A stretch of 55,735 bases of DNA from Chara braunii. Its lineage: Eukaryota; Plantae; Charophyceae. A program made the position numbers and the translations under genes. The stretch spans positions 3,009,636 to 3,065,370 of the forward strand of contig BFEA01000023.1 in assembly GCA_003427395.1 (NCBI GenBank), read 5' to 3'. Below the pieces are notes generated by a model. The model ran no database searches. It was not told the DNA's origin and was given only the letters and a program-made list of their open reading frames with translations. Position 1 is the stretch's first letter. Every line of letters begins with the position of its first letter. This document shows, piece by piece, positions 1 through 11,738 of the stretch.

Positions 1-1868
1 GGCTAAGGGGCTGGTCTCACAGGCCAACCCGAGGTCCGCTACACTCCCACTCGAACCTTCCGCAGCAAACGGCGGGTGGCGGGCCGTGCCGGCCGCAGCG
101 ACCCCATTGTTTCTCAAGCTGCAGCCCCACAGGGCCACTCGGAATGTTATACTATTTCCCTCTACCTTAGGCTATCGACACTCTCCAAGTGGGACGCGAA
201 GGAAACCACGACTGACCCCACCACTTCCATGCATGTTGACTTCTTCGGTCCGTGCTTCATCACGGGTGCGATGGAAAAAAATTGCCAGCATCCCCAATAT
301 GCAGGAACTCGATCGGGCCCGTGTGAAAAAGGCGCGTGGTCAAGGTTCTTGACTGCCGTGACGGCCACCCGTGCCTTGCGGCATAACAACTGAGCTCGTC
401 GGTCCCGGTGTTGGATCCAAGGCACTTAGCAAAATTTACAAGTGGGAAAAATAATAAAAATAAGAGTAAATGTGAAGACACAAAAAGGCCAGGGGACGAA
501 AGGCCACACGTCCCGATGGCCCGAGACGCCACGCACACCCAGGCTGCGCATGATTGCACCTTGCCGTCAATACCCAGCGCGCGCCGCTCACTCGGGTGAG
601 GACCTAAACTTCCTCCCGTGCGTGCACCGTCGAGCGAACGAGGCTGCACTAGTGCGACTTGCAGAAAACACGCCAAATACCCTCCAAATACCCTTGTAAG
701 GGTATTTGGTACGACAATGTAGAATTTGGCTGGTTTGCGGTCGCTGTTGTTGGGGCCCAGTAGGCCCTGCCCCTTTGTTGTTTTTAAGTTTGTTAGGCTT
801 TGATGGCATGTGGCAGTTTCTTCTTGTACCAGGACATCAGGGCAGCCCTCCAGAGTTGGCCATTCTGTCGCTGGAATTCCCAGCGCCTGCATCGAAAACT
901 GGGTTATGGTTATGCTCCAGTACTTCTCCAGCTTCTGCTGCGAGGGATTCAAGGCCTCCCCCCCCCCCCCCCCTCTCTTCAAGGGGGATGGCCTTGAGGT
1001 ATTATCATCGGACTAACCAGCCCAGATAAATTCAATCTTGTGTCTAATCTACACCGGGTGGCCTTGTTGCCTTCAGGAAATGCAATAGTAATGAGCTGTC
1101 TTCTTTTGGAGAAAAGAACCGCCCCCCCAACCGTCCCATTTTTTTCCCCTCGTAGCGGCGTGGTACATTACGCACGCATAACATAATTGTAGATTCGATA
1201 TAAATGAATAAACGAAGCAAGAATTCAAATTTCTGCGGGGTCCCGACAATAAGGTGAGGGCCTCACTCCTACGTTCATAAGACCGAAGTCCAGCGTACAC
1301 CGTCGCGCCCTGGCCCCTCTCTATTTTTCCCCATCTCCCGCCAACGCTCACAAGGAGCACGCGCGGTTCAGGGCCTCGCCACACCACTCTCGGAATGTGA
1401 AAATGAAAAAGACAGAAATGTGGCGGGGGCATCTGGCCATGTTTATAGCAGGAAGTTCATTCTCGTTTTGCACATTTTGAGAGCAGTGTGGCGATGCACT
1501 CAGTCTGGTTCGCGTTTTGTCTTCTCACACACATGGGACGTCACTTTCCAGGATCCCTCGAGCTCGGGCCTGTGTGGCTGAATGGTACACACACATCTAG
1601 CTGTTGGCTGGTTTATAAGCAGAGATCACGTGCTCGAACCCTGAACCCTGATCCACGAAGAGGTCGATACAGAATGCAAGACTAGGGGCTACTCTGAAAA
1701 AGAGCTTTTTCTTGGATGAAATAGGTCACGGTGGATTGTCTTGGATGAAATAGGTCACGGTGGATTAGATGGATCTACAGAGCCGAGCACTCTACTGATG
1801 AGAAAGTGGTCTATAGCTGCGCGCTCGACTCTGTGGGAAAAAAATGGTCGATGGGTGGAGTATATAAG

Positions 1869-1911
1869 GACCATTTCTCGATTTATGCGTGTCATCCTTG
1901 GCGCAGGGGCC

Positions 1912-1943
<32 letters not shown>

Positions 1944-1961
1944 ACGGATGTCCCGAAGGAC
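1869..1961 (-). pseudogene. U6: U6 snRNA copy, near full length, probably a retropseudogene
   Basis: Reverse complement reads gtccttcgggacatccgttaaaattggaacgatacagagaagattagcatggcccctgcgccaaggatgacacgcataaatcgagaaatggtc, which is plant U6. There is one extra C in the ISL and no oligo-T terminator. It is flanked by the direct repeat agtatataag (1859-1868 and 1964-1973). Confidence 0.9.
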
Positions 1962-2284
1962 TCAGTATATAAGAAGAAGTATGCCTGGTGGGAATGCACG
2001 TGACACCAATTTCTGGTCAGGGCAGGGGGGGGTGGGGGCGCAACAGTGAGGCGTGAGGTGGTTCTATTCTGCCGGGCGGGAATGCATGTGACCGCAATTT
2101 CTNGCGTGAGGTGGTTCTATTCTGCCGGGCGGGAATGCATGTGACCGCAATTTCTATTCATGGGGGTGAACAGTGAAGTTCTGGTATGAGGTTCTCCTAT
2201 TCTGACATTTTCTGATATATTCAGTAGTGTATGTGTCTATTGTAAGTATACACGCGTGTGTGTGTGTGCGTGCGTGTTGTGTGT

Positions 2285-2318
<34 letters not shown>

Positions 2319-2350
2319 TGCGTGCGTGTTGTGTGTGTGTGCGTGGGTGC

Positions 2351-2410
<60 letters not shown>

Positions 2411-2465
2411 GTGTGCTTGACTTGATGCTGGGAGAGGGCTCTTTGTGGAAGTACGATAGGCTGAC

Positions 2466-2534
2466 CTGAGGCACCCCTCTTAGCGAAGAAGGGCTATACT
2501 TGCTGCCTAAATTGGCTCTTTCCGGATTGTCCAT
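2466..2534 (-). CDS. Possible first coding exon of a divergent gene (MDNPERANLGSKYSPSSLRGVPQ)
   Basis: ATG...CAG|gtcagc donor, 69 nt, phase 0, downstream of a CT-rich leader. No homology recognised. Confidence 0.25.
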
Positions 2535-2688
2535 CAACCAAATCAATAAAGTTTCCAGCGGGTGGTGGGGTGTTGAGTTTCGAGAAGCTGGGAGTGGATC
2601 GATGGTGGTGGGGTCCGGTGGTGTCGAAGAATAACTGACGTCAACAAATATCCCGGCAGGCGGAGGAAGGCAGTGACGTAAAGGGTGT

Positions 2689-2759
<71 letters not shown>

Positions 2760-3329
2760 TAGAGATAGAGAGAGAGAGAGATATATATATAGAGAGAGAG
2801 TGCGTGGGTGATGATGACAGAGGCTCACAGGCGACATTTCTGACCAAGCGTGCGTATCCAGACATTCTAAGTGAATTCCCCCTCCTCCTCCTCATCCACC
2901 TCCTCATCCACCTCCTCATCCACCACCTCCTCATCCACCACCTCCTCCTCCTCCTCCTCCTCCTCCTCCCACTGCTACTCCAAGGGTGCTGTCACAGAAG
3001 ACCTTTCCTTACAGACGACGTCATGGGGTGCACATGATAGTGGGTGAAGTGGTAAGTTCACAACACACACATCCCATCCCATTGCGGGGAGGCAGTGAAT
3101 CTTTACGAGCGACAGACTTGGAATCGAGTTGGAATCTGAATTTGAATCTTGAATTGGGATCCCGAATCGGATCGAATCGGCACCAGATTGGATTATTGAC
3201 CGCTCGGTTGGCGCGCTTTGGGCAGCTTCTAATCAGGAATCGCGCTCGCGCGGAAAAGAGGCAACGGCCAGGAGAGGGGGGGTGGAGGGCGGGGGGGAGA
3301 GAGAAGAGAGCAGGTTTGGGACGAGGAGT

Positions 3330-3620
3330 GTGCGTGGCGCGCATTGTTGTTGGGAGCGTGATTGGGCGCCAAGCGGGACACTGGAGGACTACAGTGACGT
3401 GTGTGTTTGTGGGTGGGGTAGTTCTGAAAATACGCCAAGCGGGACACTGGAGGAGCACGGAAGGAGGTCCAAAGGGTCCACGTGGCTGTCGAGGTCCAGA
3501 TTGGTTCCGCGCCAAGTCCGTTACGAGCGAGAATGTTTTTCGGTCAGGGCGAAAGAAGGCAACAGGTGCGTAAGCGAGAGCAAGTTATCAGCGGGGAAAA
3601 GCGCGCGGGTGCTAAAAGCT
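3330..3620. promoter_or_regulatory. Putative bidirectional promoter
   Basis: A CpG-rich island is flanked on each side by CT-rich leaders pointing outward (+ 3620-3710; - 3330-3240). The 22-mer cgccaagcgggacactggagga is duplicated (3367 and 3433). Confidence 0.35.
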
Positions 3621-4012
3621 TTTCTCTCTCTTTCTTTACCTCTCCCTCTCTCTTTCTCTTTCTTTCTTTCTCACTCTCTCTGTCTCTCTCCCGCCCTTTC
3701 TCTCTCCATTTGTGCTGATACACGATCATTGCGCGTAACTGCGCTTTGTGTACGTAGGGAGGCGTGTGTTTTCTTGGGAGTGTGCGCGCGCATGTCTCCA
3801 TATCGTTTTTTTTTTTTTTTTTTTTTTTNNNNNNNNNNNNNNNNNNNNNNNNNNNNNNNNNNNNNNNNNNNNNNNNNNNNNNNNNNNNNNNNNNNNNNNN
3901 NNNNNNNNNNNNNNNNNNNNNNNNNNNNNNNNNNNNNNNNNNNNNNNNNNNNNNNNNNNNNNNNNNNNNNNNNNNNNNNNNNNNNNNNNNNNNNNNNNNN
4001 NNNNNNNNNNNN

Positions 4013-4089
<77 letters not shown>

Positions 4090-4715
4090 GGTATCGTCGC
4101 AGTTTCGGTTCTGCTGGGATTAGGCTAGTTTATGGGTTGAACAGTACGCTGTGAAAGATTTGGCAGAGGAAGTCTGTGCAGGAAGTAGCGGTGCGTTGCT
4201 CCTTTTTTTTTTTGTTTGTTCTTTTGCTCCAATGATTATCGTTGTCTTAACCGATCGTCATTTGAACTTTTTGGTTTCTCGCCCTATTTAAATAGTGCGG
4301 GAAAAGCAGAGCGATGACAGCATGCCCGCACGCCTTTCATGCCCATTTCTCTTCTTTACTCGATCGTTATCGTTCTCGAAGGGAAGAAAAGGTGTCGGCG
4401 AGGCAACGGAAGATAGCACAGCATCATTCTTCACCCTCCCCCGCCGGACACAGCGCATACCCTCCAGTCTTCACCCTTCGGTCCTGTGCACTTGGGGAAA
4501 CCTGCACGCGAATGCACGCTATCGATCACTTGATGATTAAATATATGCAAGCTATCGACCAGGATACAGCTATCGAAAAAAAAAAAAAGAAAAAAAAAAA
4601 ATGGATACAGCTATCGATCGGGTCGCAGACGGTAGTTAGTTGGATGCGTTGAGTTCGGAGCTAGACGTCCTCGGGGGTAGTCGGACAGTATCGAGTCCAA
4701 GTTCAACGTCTGCCT

Positions 4716-4767
<52 letters not shown>

Positions 4768-4861
4768 CGAGTCCTGGCAGTCGGGCGATCGGGTGGGAAG
4801 AAAATGTTATCTTGTGGTTAAATAAACGTGGAAGATAGGTAAGTATCAATTGGTGGGCAGT

Positions 4862-5114
4862 TGGCAAGTATTGATTGTTGGGGCAGTCGTTGAGGCTTTG
4901 AGCGTAACCCATACTCAGCCTGGCTGCTGCGACGAGTGGGAAGACGCTAGCCCACTGCTAGGGAGCTCATAAATCGCTTTCGCAAAGCCTCAACGCCTCA
5001 GGCTTAACCCCGGTTGCGGTCAAGGCGTCAACGACTGCCTCAACAATCAATACTTGCCACCCTTACTGGTGGCTAGTCGTTGAGGCTTTGACCGCAACCC
5101 CGGGGTTAAGCCTG
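4862..5114. mobile_element. Foldback/MITE-like compound inverted repeat
   Basis: 4862-4909 pairs with 5011-5059, and 4998-5035 pairs with 5075-5113. Confidence 0.6.
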
Positions 5115-5719
5115 ACCGCAATCGGTCTACTGTAAGTGATTATTACTTCGCTTACAGTATCATAATCGGTTAGGGAGGGACTCTGCAGACTGTAGAGGGT
5201 TCAGGCTTTTGATGAGTAGGGAGGTGAAAGTCCGACGAAAGAGTTTGTCACAGCCCCTCCCTCGTTTGTTGTTCTCGTCTCTCCCTCCGTCTCTGCCTAC
5301 GGTTTACCTTAGGCAGCTCTCTTCTATGAAGAGGTGAAACTACTGATGAGGAGGTGAAACTACTGATGAGGAGGTGAAACTACTGATGAAAGACTGTCAC
5401 ACCCCCTCGTTTATCGTCCCCTTCTCCCTCTGTGTCTGGTGTTACGGGGCATTTCTGTTTGACGATATGTGTATGGATATTTTTTTTAAGACATTACGGT
5501 AAACAAGAGCATGGCGCCCATCATTTGGGGTCTTATTAATCTCGTCGCAGTCCACGAACGGAACGGGGAACGGAGAGAAAATCGGGATCTCGCTCGTGTC
5601 ATCAACGAAATAGACTAGAGGTAAATAGAGAAATCGGCTTAGGTTAAGGAAAAGAAAAGACATTCAACTACCGTTCACCACGAATAAAGTGCGATGCAGA
5701 TTTCACCCTCGGGCAGCGA

Positions 5720-6132
5720 TTAAATCAATAAAAAAAATCATGAATCAATCAATCGATCAGCATATCAATCAATCGATCAGAATATCGATCAATCGTTCGA
5801 AGAATCAATCAATCAAATATCAATTTGTCAATTAAGTGAAAATGAATGAATGAATGAAGGAATGAATCATCATTGTATACGAATGATTGCATCATTCAAT
5901 CATCCAATGATTAAACCTGTGTCAATTCAATCAATCAGGTAATTCATGTGGCACTTGAGCATGTTGGGCCGTCCATCTAATGAATGAACGGAGGAATGGA
6001 TGAATGAACCATTCATTCATTCAATCAGTCAATCATTCAATCATTCAATCATTCAATCATTTAATCATTCAATCATTTAGGTAATGAATGCGTCGGTTGT
6101 GCGGGTTGGGCCTCGTTTATTCCATTATTATA

Positions 6133-6181
<49 letters not shown>

Positions 6182-7001
6182 CTATTTATCTCTCTATCTA
6201 TCTACCTATCTACCTACCTACCTACCTACCTACCTACCTACCTATCTACCTACCTACCTATCTATCTTGTCTTATCCATCTTTATGTCCATCTATCTACC
6301 TACCTATCTGCCTACCTTATGTATCTTCTCTCTCTCTCTCTATCCCTTGAATTATCGAGTTATTTATCTATTCTATCTGTGAAGTTAAACCTTCATTGTT
6401 TCTGTATTTGGATAGGTTTTGTTCTGGCTTCTTTTGGAGGTCTCCGAAGTTGGATACGTCAGCAGCTGTCAAAGCAAAAACTGAATTGGAATCAATCGCT
6501 GGAATAAAAGGATTCGAACCGTTGTTGCATGTCGCTTGTCAAAAACCGATGCCTTTCCACTTGGCTATCACAGCGTCCGGTAGCCAAAAATAGAGTCCTA
6601 TTTATGGTCTTTGGGTTTCCAACAGTTCCCGTAAAGAGTAAAACACAAACGATGTGGGCACTCGAACGGCGAAAGTCCTTTCTGGAGGCAGCACCCGCAT
6701 CTGTTTTGTACTCGAGAAGAGGCGTCTCTTTTTTGTCTATCTATATCTAATCGATCTATCTATCTAATCTCCCTCTCTATATATCTATTTAGATAATTTA
6801 TCTATTTATCTAATCTCTCTCTCTCTCTCTCTCTATTTATCTATCTATTAGGCTCTCTCTCTCTATTTATCTATCTATTAGGCTAATTCTTCTACGCCTC
6901 TCTGTCTCTCTCTCTCTCTCATTTCTCTCTATGTATTTATGTATCTTCCTCATCTATCTACCTTCTCCTATCTATCTTGTATTATCTATCCTTAATTCCA
7001 C

Positions 7002-7033
<32 letters not shown>

Positions 7034-7300
7034 GAATCAGTCAGTTTTTTCCCAATCTCTATGTATTTATCTATCAAATGTATTTCTCCGTCATCTACCT
7101 ACCTATCTACCTGCCAATCTCTCTTATCTATTTATCTATGTATTTCTCCCTCATCTATCAGGCTAATTCTTCTACACTTCTCTCTCAATTTATCTATGTA
7201 TTTCTCCCTCGTCTGCCTCGTCCCATCTTACCTTATCTATCTTTATGTCAATCTATGTAGATATTTATCTGTATCCCTCTACGTCTATTCTATCTATCTA
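5720..7300. repeat. Compound microsatellites (ATCA/GAAT, CT, ATCT, ACCT)
   Basis: Visible directly. Similar (GT)n/(GA)n tracts lie at 2255-2800, 7612-7858, 31140-31315, 42445-42547 and 50865-50947. Confidence 0.9.
6499..6572 (-). pseudogene. trnQ: Degenerate tRNA-Gln(TTG), plant mitochondrial type (probable NUMT)
   Basis: Reverse complement reads tgtgatagccaagtggaaaggcatcggtttttgacaagcgacatgcaacaacggttcgaatccttttattccag. This resembles the plant mitochondrial trnQ (atagccaagtggtaaggca.cggtttttgg....ggttcgaatccttttactccag); the stems are disrupted. Confidence 0.65.
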
Positions 7301-7609
7301 GACGTATTAGAGTGTTCTCCGTTGCTGACAATTCCCGCGAAAAGTTAAAGTTTACAGAAAATATCACAGAGGGAGAACGGAGGAATTCCATCTTTCTTGT
7401 GTCTGGAGACTCTAAACCTAATTTATCTAGCTATCTCTTTACCTATCCATCAATCCAAAACTTCGTCTTGACAGGCACGTGGGTTATCCTCAGACGATTT
7501 ATAATCTATGCATCCTCCTGTCGGCAGTGTATCGAGCAGGTGGATCAATCGACAATAGGCGTGCGAAAGCGATTTATGAACTCCGCGAGGGGAAGTAGGG
7601 GGCTTTTTT

Positions 7610-7859
<250 letters not shown>

Positions 7860-9827
7860 ATTGTCAACTCCGCATGGGGAGGGAGTAGGGAAGGGGGGGG
7901 TTTGAACGCGGTTGAGGAATGGCCGAATTGGCCTGTCTGGAGGGCAAGTTTATTTCTTCGACAAGAATATTGGGAAAAAAACTGACCGATTCTCTTGCTC
8001 TGTACCCGTGAGGAGTCGTCTGTACTGTTTCTTAATTAAGATATCTTGCTCGAGAGAATCAGTTCTCTTCCCAACTAGGGACAGGTCCTTGCGGGCACTA
8101 AGCATAAGACTACTTTATACGGAAAATGGAGACTGTATTATTCCAGTTTTAGCGCAAGTATACCTTCGCCAAGAGCACAAATCTGTTGTCGAACTCCGCT
8201 GGTGTATGGACCCACTATGTGCCTCCCGGGATCCATCCACTTACCTAATATGGAAAATGCCCGACAACAATGTTCCAATTTTAGCGCAAGTATACACCCC
8301 TTTTTCTCATTTGGCTAATGCGGGGCGAGGCCCAATTTCTCTGTTTAACCTTTAGCGCAAGTATACACGCATCAAGATCTTTTGAATCTTATACTCCGCC
8401 TAGCACCCCTCTCCCCCAATCCCAACCCACCCTCCTCCCCCCAGCGGTTTCCTATTCCGAGTGCGACATGGTGTATTTCCCCCCCCCCCCCCCCTTGATT
8501 TAAGGAAAAAAAAGAAGGCAACGGCCTTGAGGTATGATCATCGAACTGCCCGACCCCGCATTAACCAAATGTGAAAAAGGGGTATATACTTGATGCGTGT
8601 ATACTGAATTCAGGGTTAATTGTATTTGTTCATTTTCATTTATGATTTGCTCTAGTCTCGATCTCAGATCTTGTTTATTTATCATCCGGTACATGGGTGT
8701 ACTCTCTCTCTCTCTCTCTCTCTCTCCCCTCACTACCTCGCCGTCATCTATGGTCGCAGGAATGGCTCCTTTCCCTCTCCTCTCCTCTCCTACTACAGCA
8801 ACTGGCTGGCGCCTGCGTACTCCTCTCAACTCTCACGTGCAGCGTCGAAGCCGAACCTAGACTTGAGGAGGTCAACACTATACAGAGTTGACCTCCCCAT
8901 TTCTTGAATGAATCTCTGTATAGTGTTGACCTGCGTTGACCCGGGGTCAGCTTCTTTCCATGTGAGCCCCTGGATCGTCCGAATGTCGACGGCTCAGATG
9001 CATTTTGTCCCAGTTTCGGTCTGAATGTGGACGACTCCTTGAGGCCTGAATCGTCCGAATGTAGACAACTCCTTGAGGCCTGAATCTTCTGGAACCTGCA
9101 GACAGACCACTGTTAGATCGTTCCCGATCGACGGCCAGTATGTGTTGACTTTGACTTGTCGGATCTGGGCCTGGGTCCACGAGTTGACTGTTGACATTTC
9201 GGTCAACTGTCGGTCTGGGCCTCTTCCTAGGGCCTGCTTGACCTGTTTTCAGGGCCTGCTGCCCGTTCGTGCTTGTGGGAGGGCGAAATCAGATCGCAGC
9301 GGCTCAATTTTGGCACACGAGTCACGGCAGGGTAGTCAATCGGATTTTTAATTTGATTAGGCATTTGATTGTATTTGATGGGATTTGATTTGGATAAATT
9401 TGATTGGGTAGTTGATTGGATTTGATGGGATTTGATTTGGATTAATTTGATTGGGTAGTTGATTGGATGCGAAATTTTGGCACATGTATATGATTCTATT
9501 TGATGAGATTTGATTAGATCCGATAGAATCAGGCTTGACTGGATTTGATTGGATTTGAATCATTTGATTGATTAGATCCGATCTGATCAGAATTGACTGG
9601 GATTTGATTGGATTTGATTGATGATTAGATGCAATCTAATTAGATCGCATGTTATCAACGCCATATCTCATGGTGGATGGCAATCGAAGGGCGTACTCAT
9701 TCTAGGATTTCTTCTGGATGCATCCGACTGCAATTACGACCGGCCCTGGGTTCTCTCTGGCTGCAATCACATCCTCGTCTGAGTGTGCCCTGATTAGATA
9801 GAATTTGATTAGATCTGATCTAATCAA

Positions 9828-10330
9828 ATTGGCAAATTGCCATCAAGTCTGCTGGAGATAGCGGAATGGGGTGCATTCAACCAACCAAGCGTATACGTCT
9901 GAGGGTATATTGGCAAATTGCCATCAAGTCTGACGGAGATAGCGGAATGGGGTGCATTCAACCAACCAAGCGTATACGTCTGAGGGTATACTTGCACTAG
10001 GACCTTTTTACTCAGCTCGGGCCGTAGATATGCTCAGATTCATCCGTGCCGGGTCCGAATTGCGGCCAGATACCAGGAAAGTGCTAGTGTGACCAGATAC
10101 AACCAGGAAAGTGCTAGTGTGAATACGGTCCAAGGAAAATTGGCATGCCTCCTGTAGAAAAAAAAAGTGCGCCTGCGCAATCACACTAGGACCTTTTCAC
10201 TGAGCTCTAGCCAGTGAAAAAAAAAAGGTTATGCTCAGATTTATCTGGGCGGGGTCCAAATTGCGGCCAGATACACTCAGAAAAGTGCTAGAGTGAGTAC
10301 TCTTTTAAGGAAAATTGGCACGCCTCATGC
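9828..10330. repeat. Two sets of direct repeats (about 82 bp x2 and about 160 bp x2)
   Basis: attggcaaattgccatcaagtctg...gagggtat occurs twice, and cactaggacctttt...attgcggccagatac...gaaaattggca occurs twice. Confidence 0.85.
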
Positions 10331-11068
10331 AGAAGAGTGCGTGTGTGCGTGTGTATGTACATACAAGACACATACATCTGGCAAAGCAGCGATGATATTT
10401 TGTGTCCCAAAGCAAAGAGTGGGAGAGGGAAGCTATAAATTAAATTATTACGAAAGCCTAAAGAAAATCACAATGGAGTTGAATGAACTGTTGAAATACA
10501 GACCGGAGTTCGAAATCCACTGGGAGCAGATGAATGAAATCCACAATTCTGAATTACCTGGGGCCGGTCAATTCGATGATAATATCTCGAGGCTGTCGCC
10601 CTTCGGAAAAAGGGAAAAAAAGGGGGAAAAAAGAAAAAAAGAAAATCACAATGAGGAAGGAACAGAAGCCACAAAACCTAACCCTGAACAAAAATGGGAC
10701 CCCCCCAAAAAAAACGACCAGCGGGAACTCACCTTGAATTCGACTCAAAATTGGGCCAGCAGGGGGACCACAGCTTGGATTGGAACCAAATGGGACCAGG
10801 GGGGGGACCACATCTGGGGTTGGAACCAAAGTGGGGGAAGGCAGGCGGACAGGCGGACAGGTGGACAGGCAGGCATGCAGGCATGCAGGCATGCAGGCAT
10901 AGAGCAGGCAGGCAGGTAGACAGGCAGGGAGGCAGGCAGGTAGATGGGCAAACGGAAAGATAACAAAGATAACACGAGTAAACCGGATATTAAGCACACA
11001 AGAAAGACAGACAAATGCAACAACCAATTCAGTATTCAGCAACGAAAGAAAAGGGACCAGGATCATTG

Positions 11069-11187
11069 CTACCTTCTTCACCCCAATACAACATACGTAC
11101 GGTCATTATCGCTGTATTTAGACTGAAAGATACCCCCAATACGTACAGCTATAATGACCGTACGTTGTATTTGGGTGAATAAGGTAG
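11069..11187. repeat. Long near-perfect inverted repeat (about 45-bp arms)
   Basis: ctaccttcttcaccccaatacaacatacgtacggtcattatcgctgta pairs with tacagctataatgaccgtacgttgtatttgggtgaataaggtag. Confidence 0.8.
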
Positions 11188-11615
11188 ACATATGGTAGGT
11201 ATGTCGTTCTTCTTAAATACCACTACCTCTTCTAGGCAAACTTTGCGATGACATTGATGGACGGTGCTACTGGACCATAATGTGTTGGTGGCGCCAGCCA
11301 AAAAAGGAAAGAAAACGCACCTGTGGCAATCAACTTGAATTAAGTTTTTTTTTTTGGCGTTCAGTGGAAGTCCGTATTGGGGAAAAGAGTGTTTTTAAGG
11401 AAATGCCCCTCGCCACCACTTTGAAGTGACGGGGCATACCCCGGTAAATGGCCCCTCTTCCGTTGAAAGGATGATTCTTGAGTGTAATGAGAGTAGTGTT
11501 GTGTCTTTTTCACTTTTCACTTTCGCCACAGGTAAAGTTTCATGGAGGGGTGACGCCGAGTTTTAAAAACCTGGAGCGGGGTTGGAACTTGTGTGTTTCG
11601 TTGACTTTTGCACAG

Positions 11616-11738
11616 GTAGCTTTACGGGGGAGAAGCCGACCCGAGCCGACCAAGGAGGAAGTACTTCGGAGAGCTGCCGAACAAAAAGCTGCTAGGAGTC
11701 GAGGACGCAAAGAACATAAATCTGCCCAATGTATTCAG
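11616..11738 (+). CDS. UPL7: UPL7-like exon A (N-terminal, VALRGRS...SAQCIQ)
   Basis: Acceptor ttttgcacag|, donor CAG|gtgagt, 123 nt, phase 0. Resembles the plant UPL7 N-terminus (VSLRG...IQ). Confidence 0.85.

Noticed and set aside
1964-2000. USE-like (ttcccacc) and TATA-like motifs upstream of the U6 copy, suggesting a functional gene
   Set aside because: The TATA lies within about 10 nt of +1 instead of about -30, it is part of the flanking direct repeat, and there is no T-run terminator.
2051-2154. About 52-bp tandem duplication
   Set aside because: The two identical copies are joined at a single N, which is typical of a contig-overlap artefact.
3282-4154. Long ORFs spanning N gaps and (GA)n tracts (also near 31 kb, 45.9 kb and 50.9 kb)
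   Set aside because: They are open only because of Ns and dinucleotide repeats.
10293-10919. 208-aa + strand ORF as a possible first UPL7 exon
   Set aside because: It runs through A-runs and (GCAG)n repeats and shows no UPL7 similarity.
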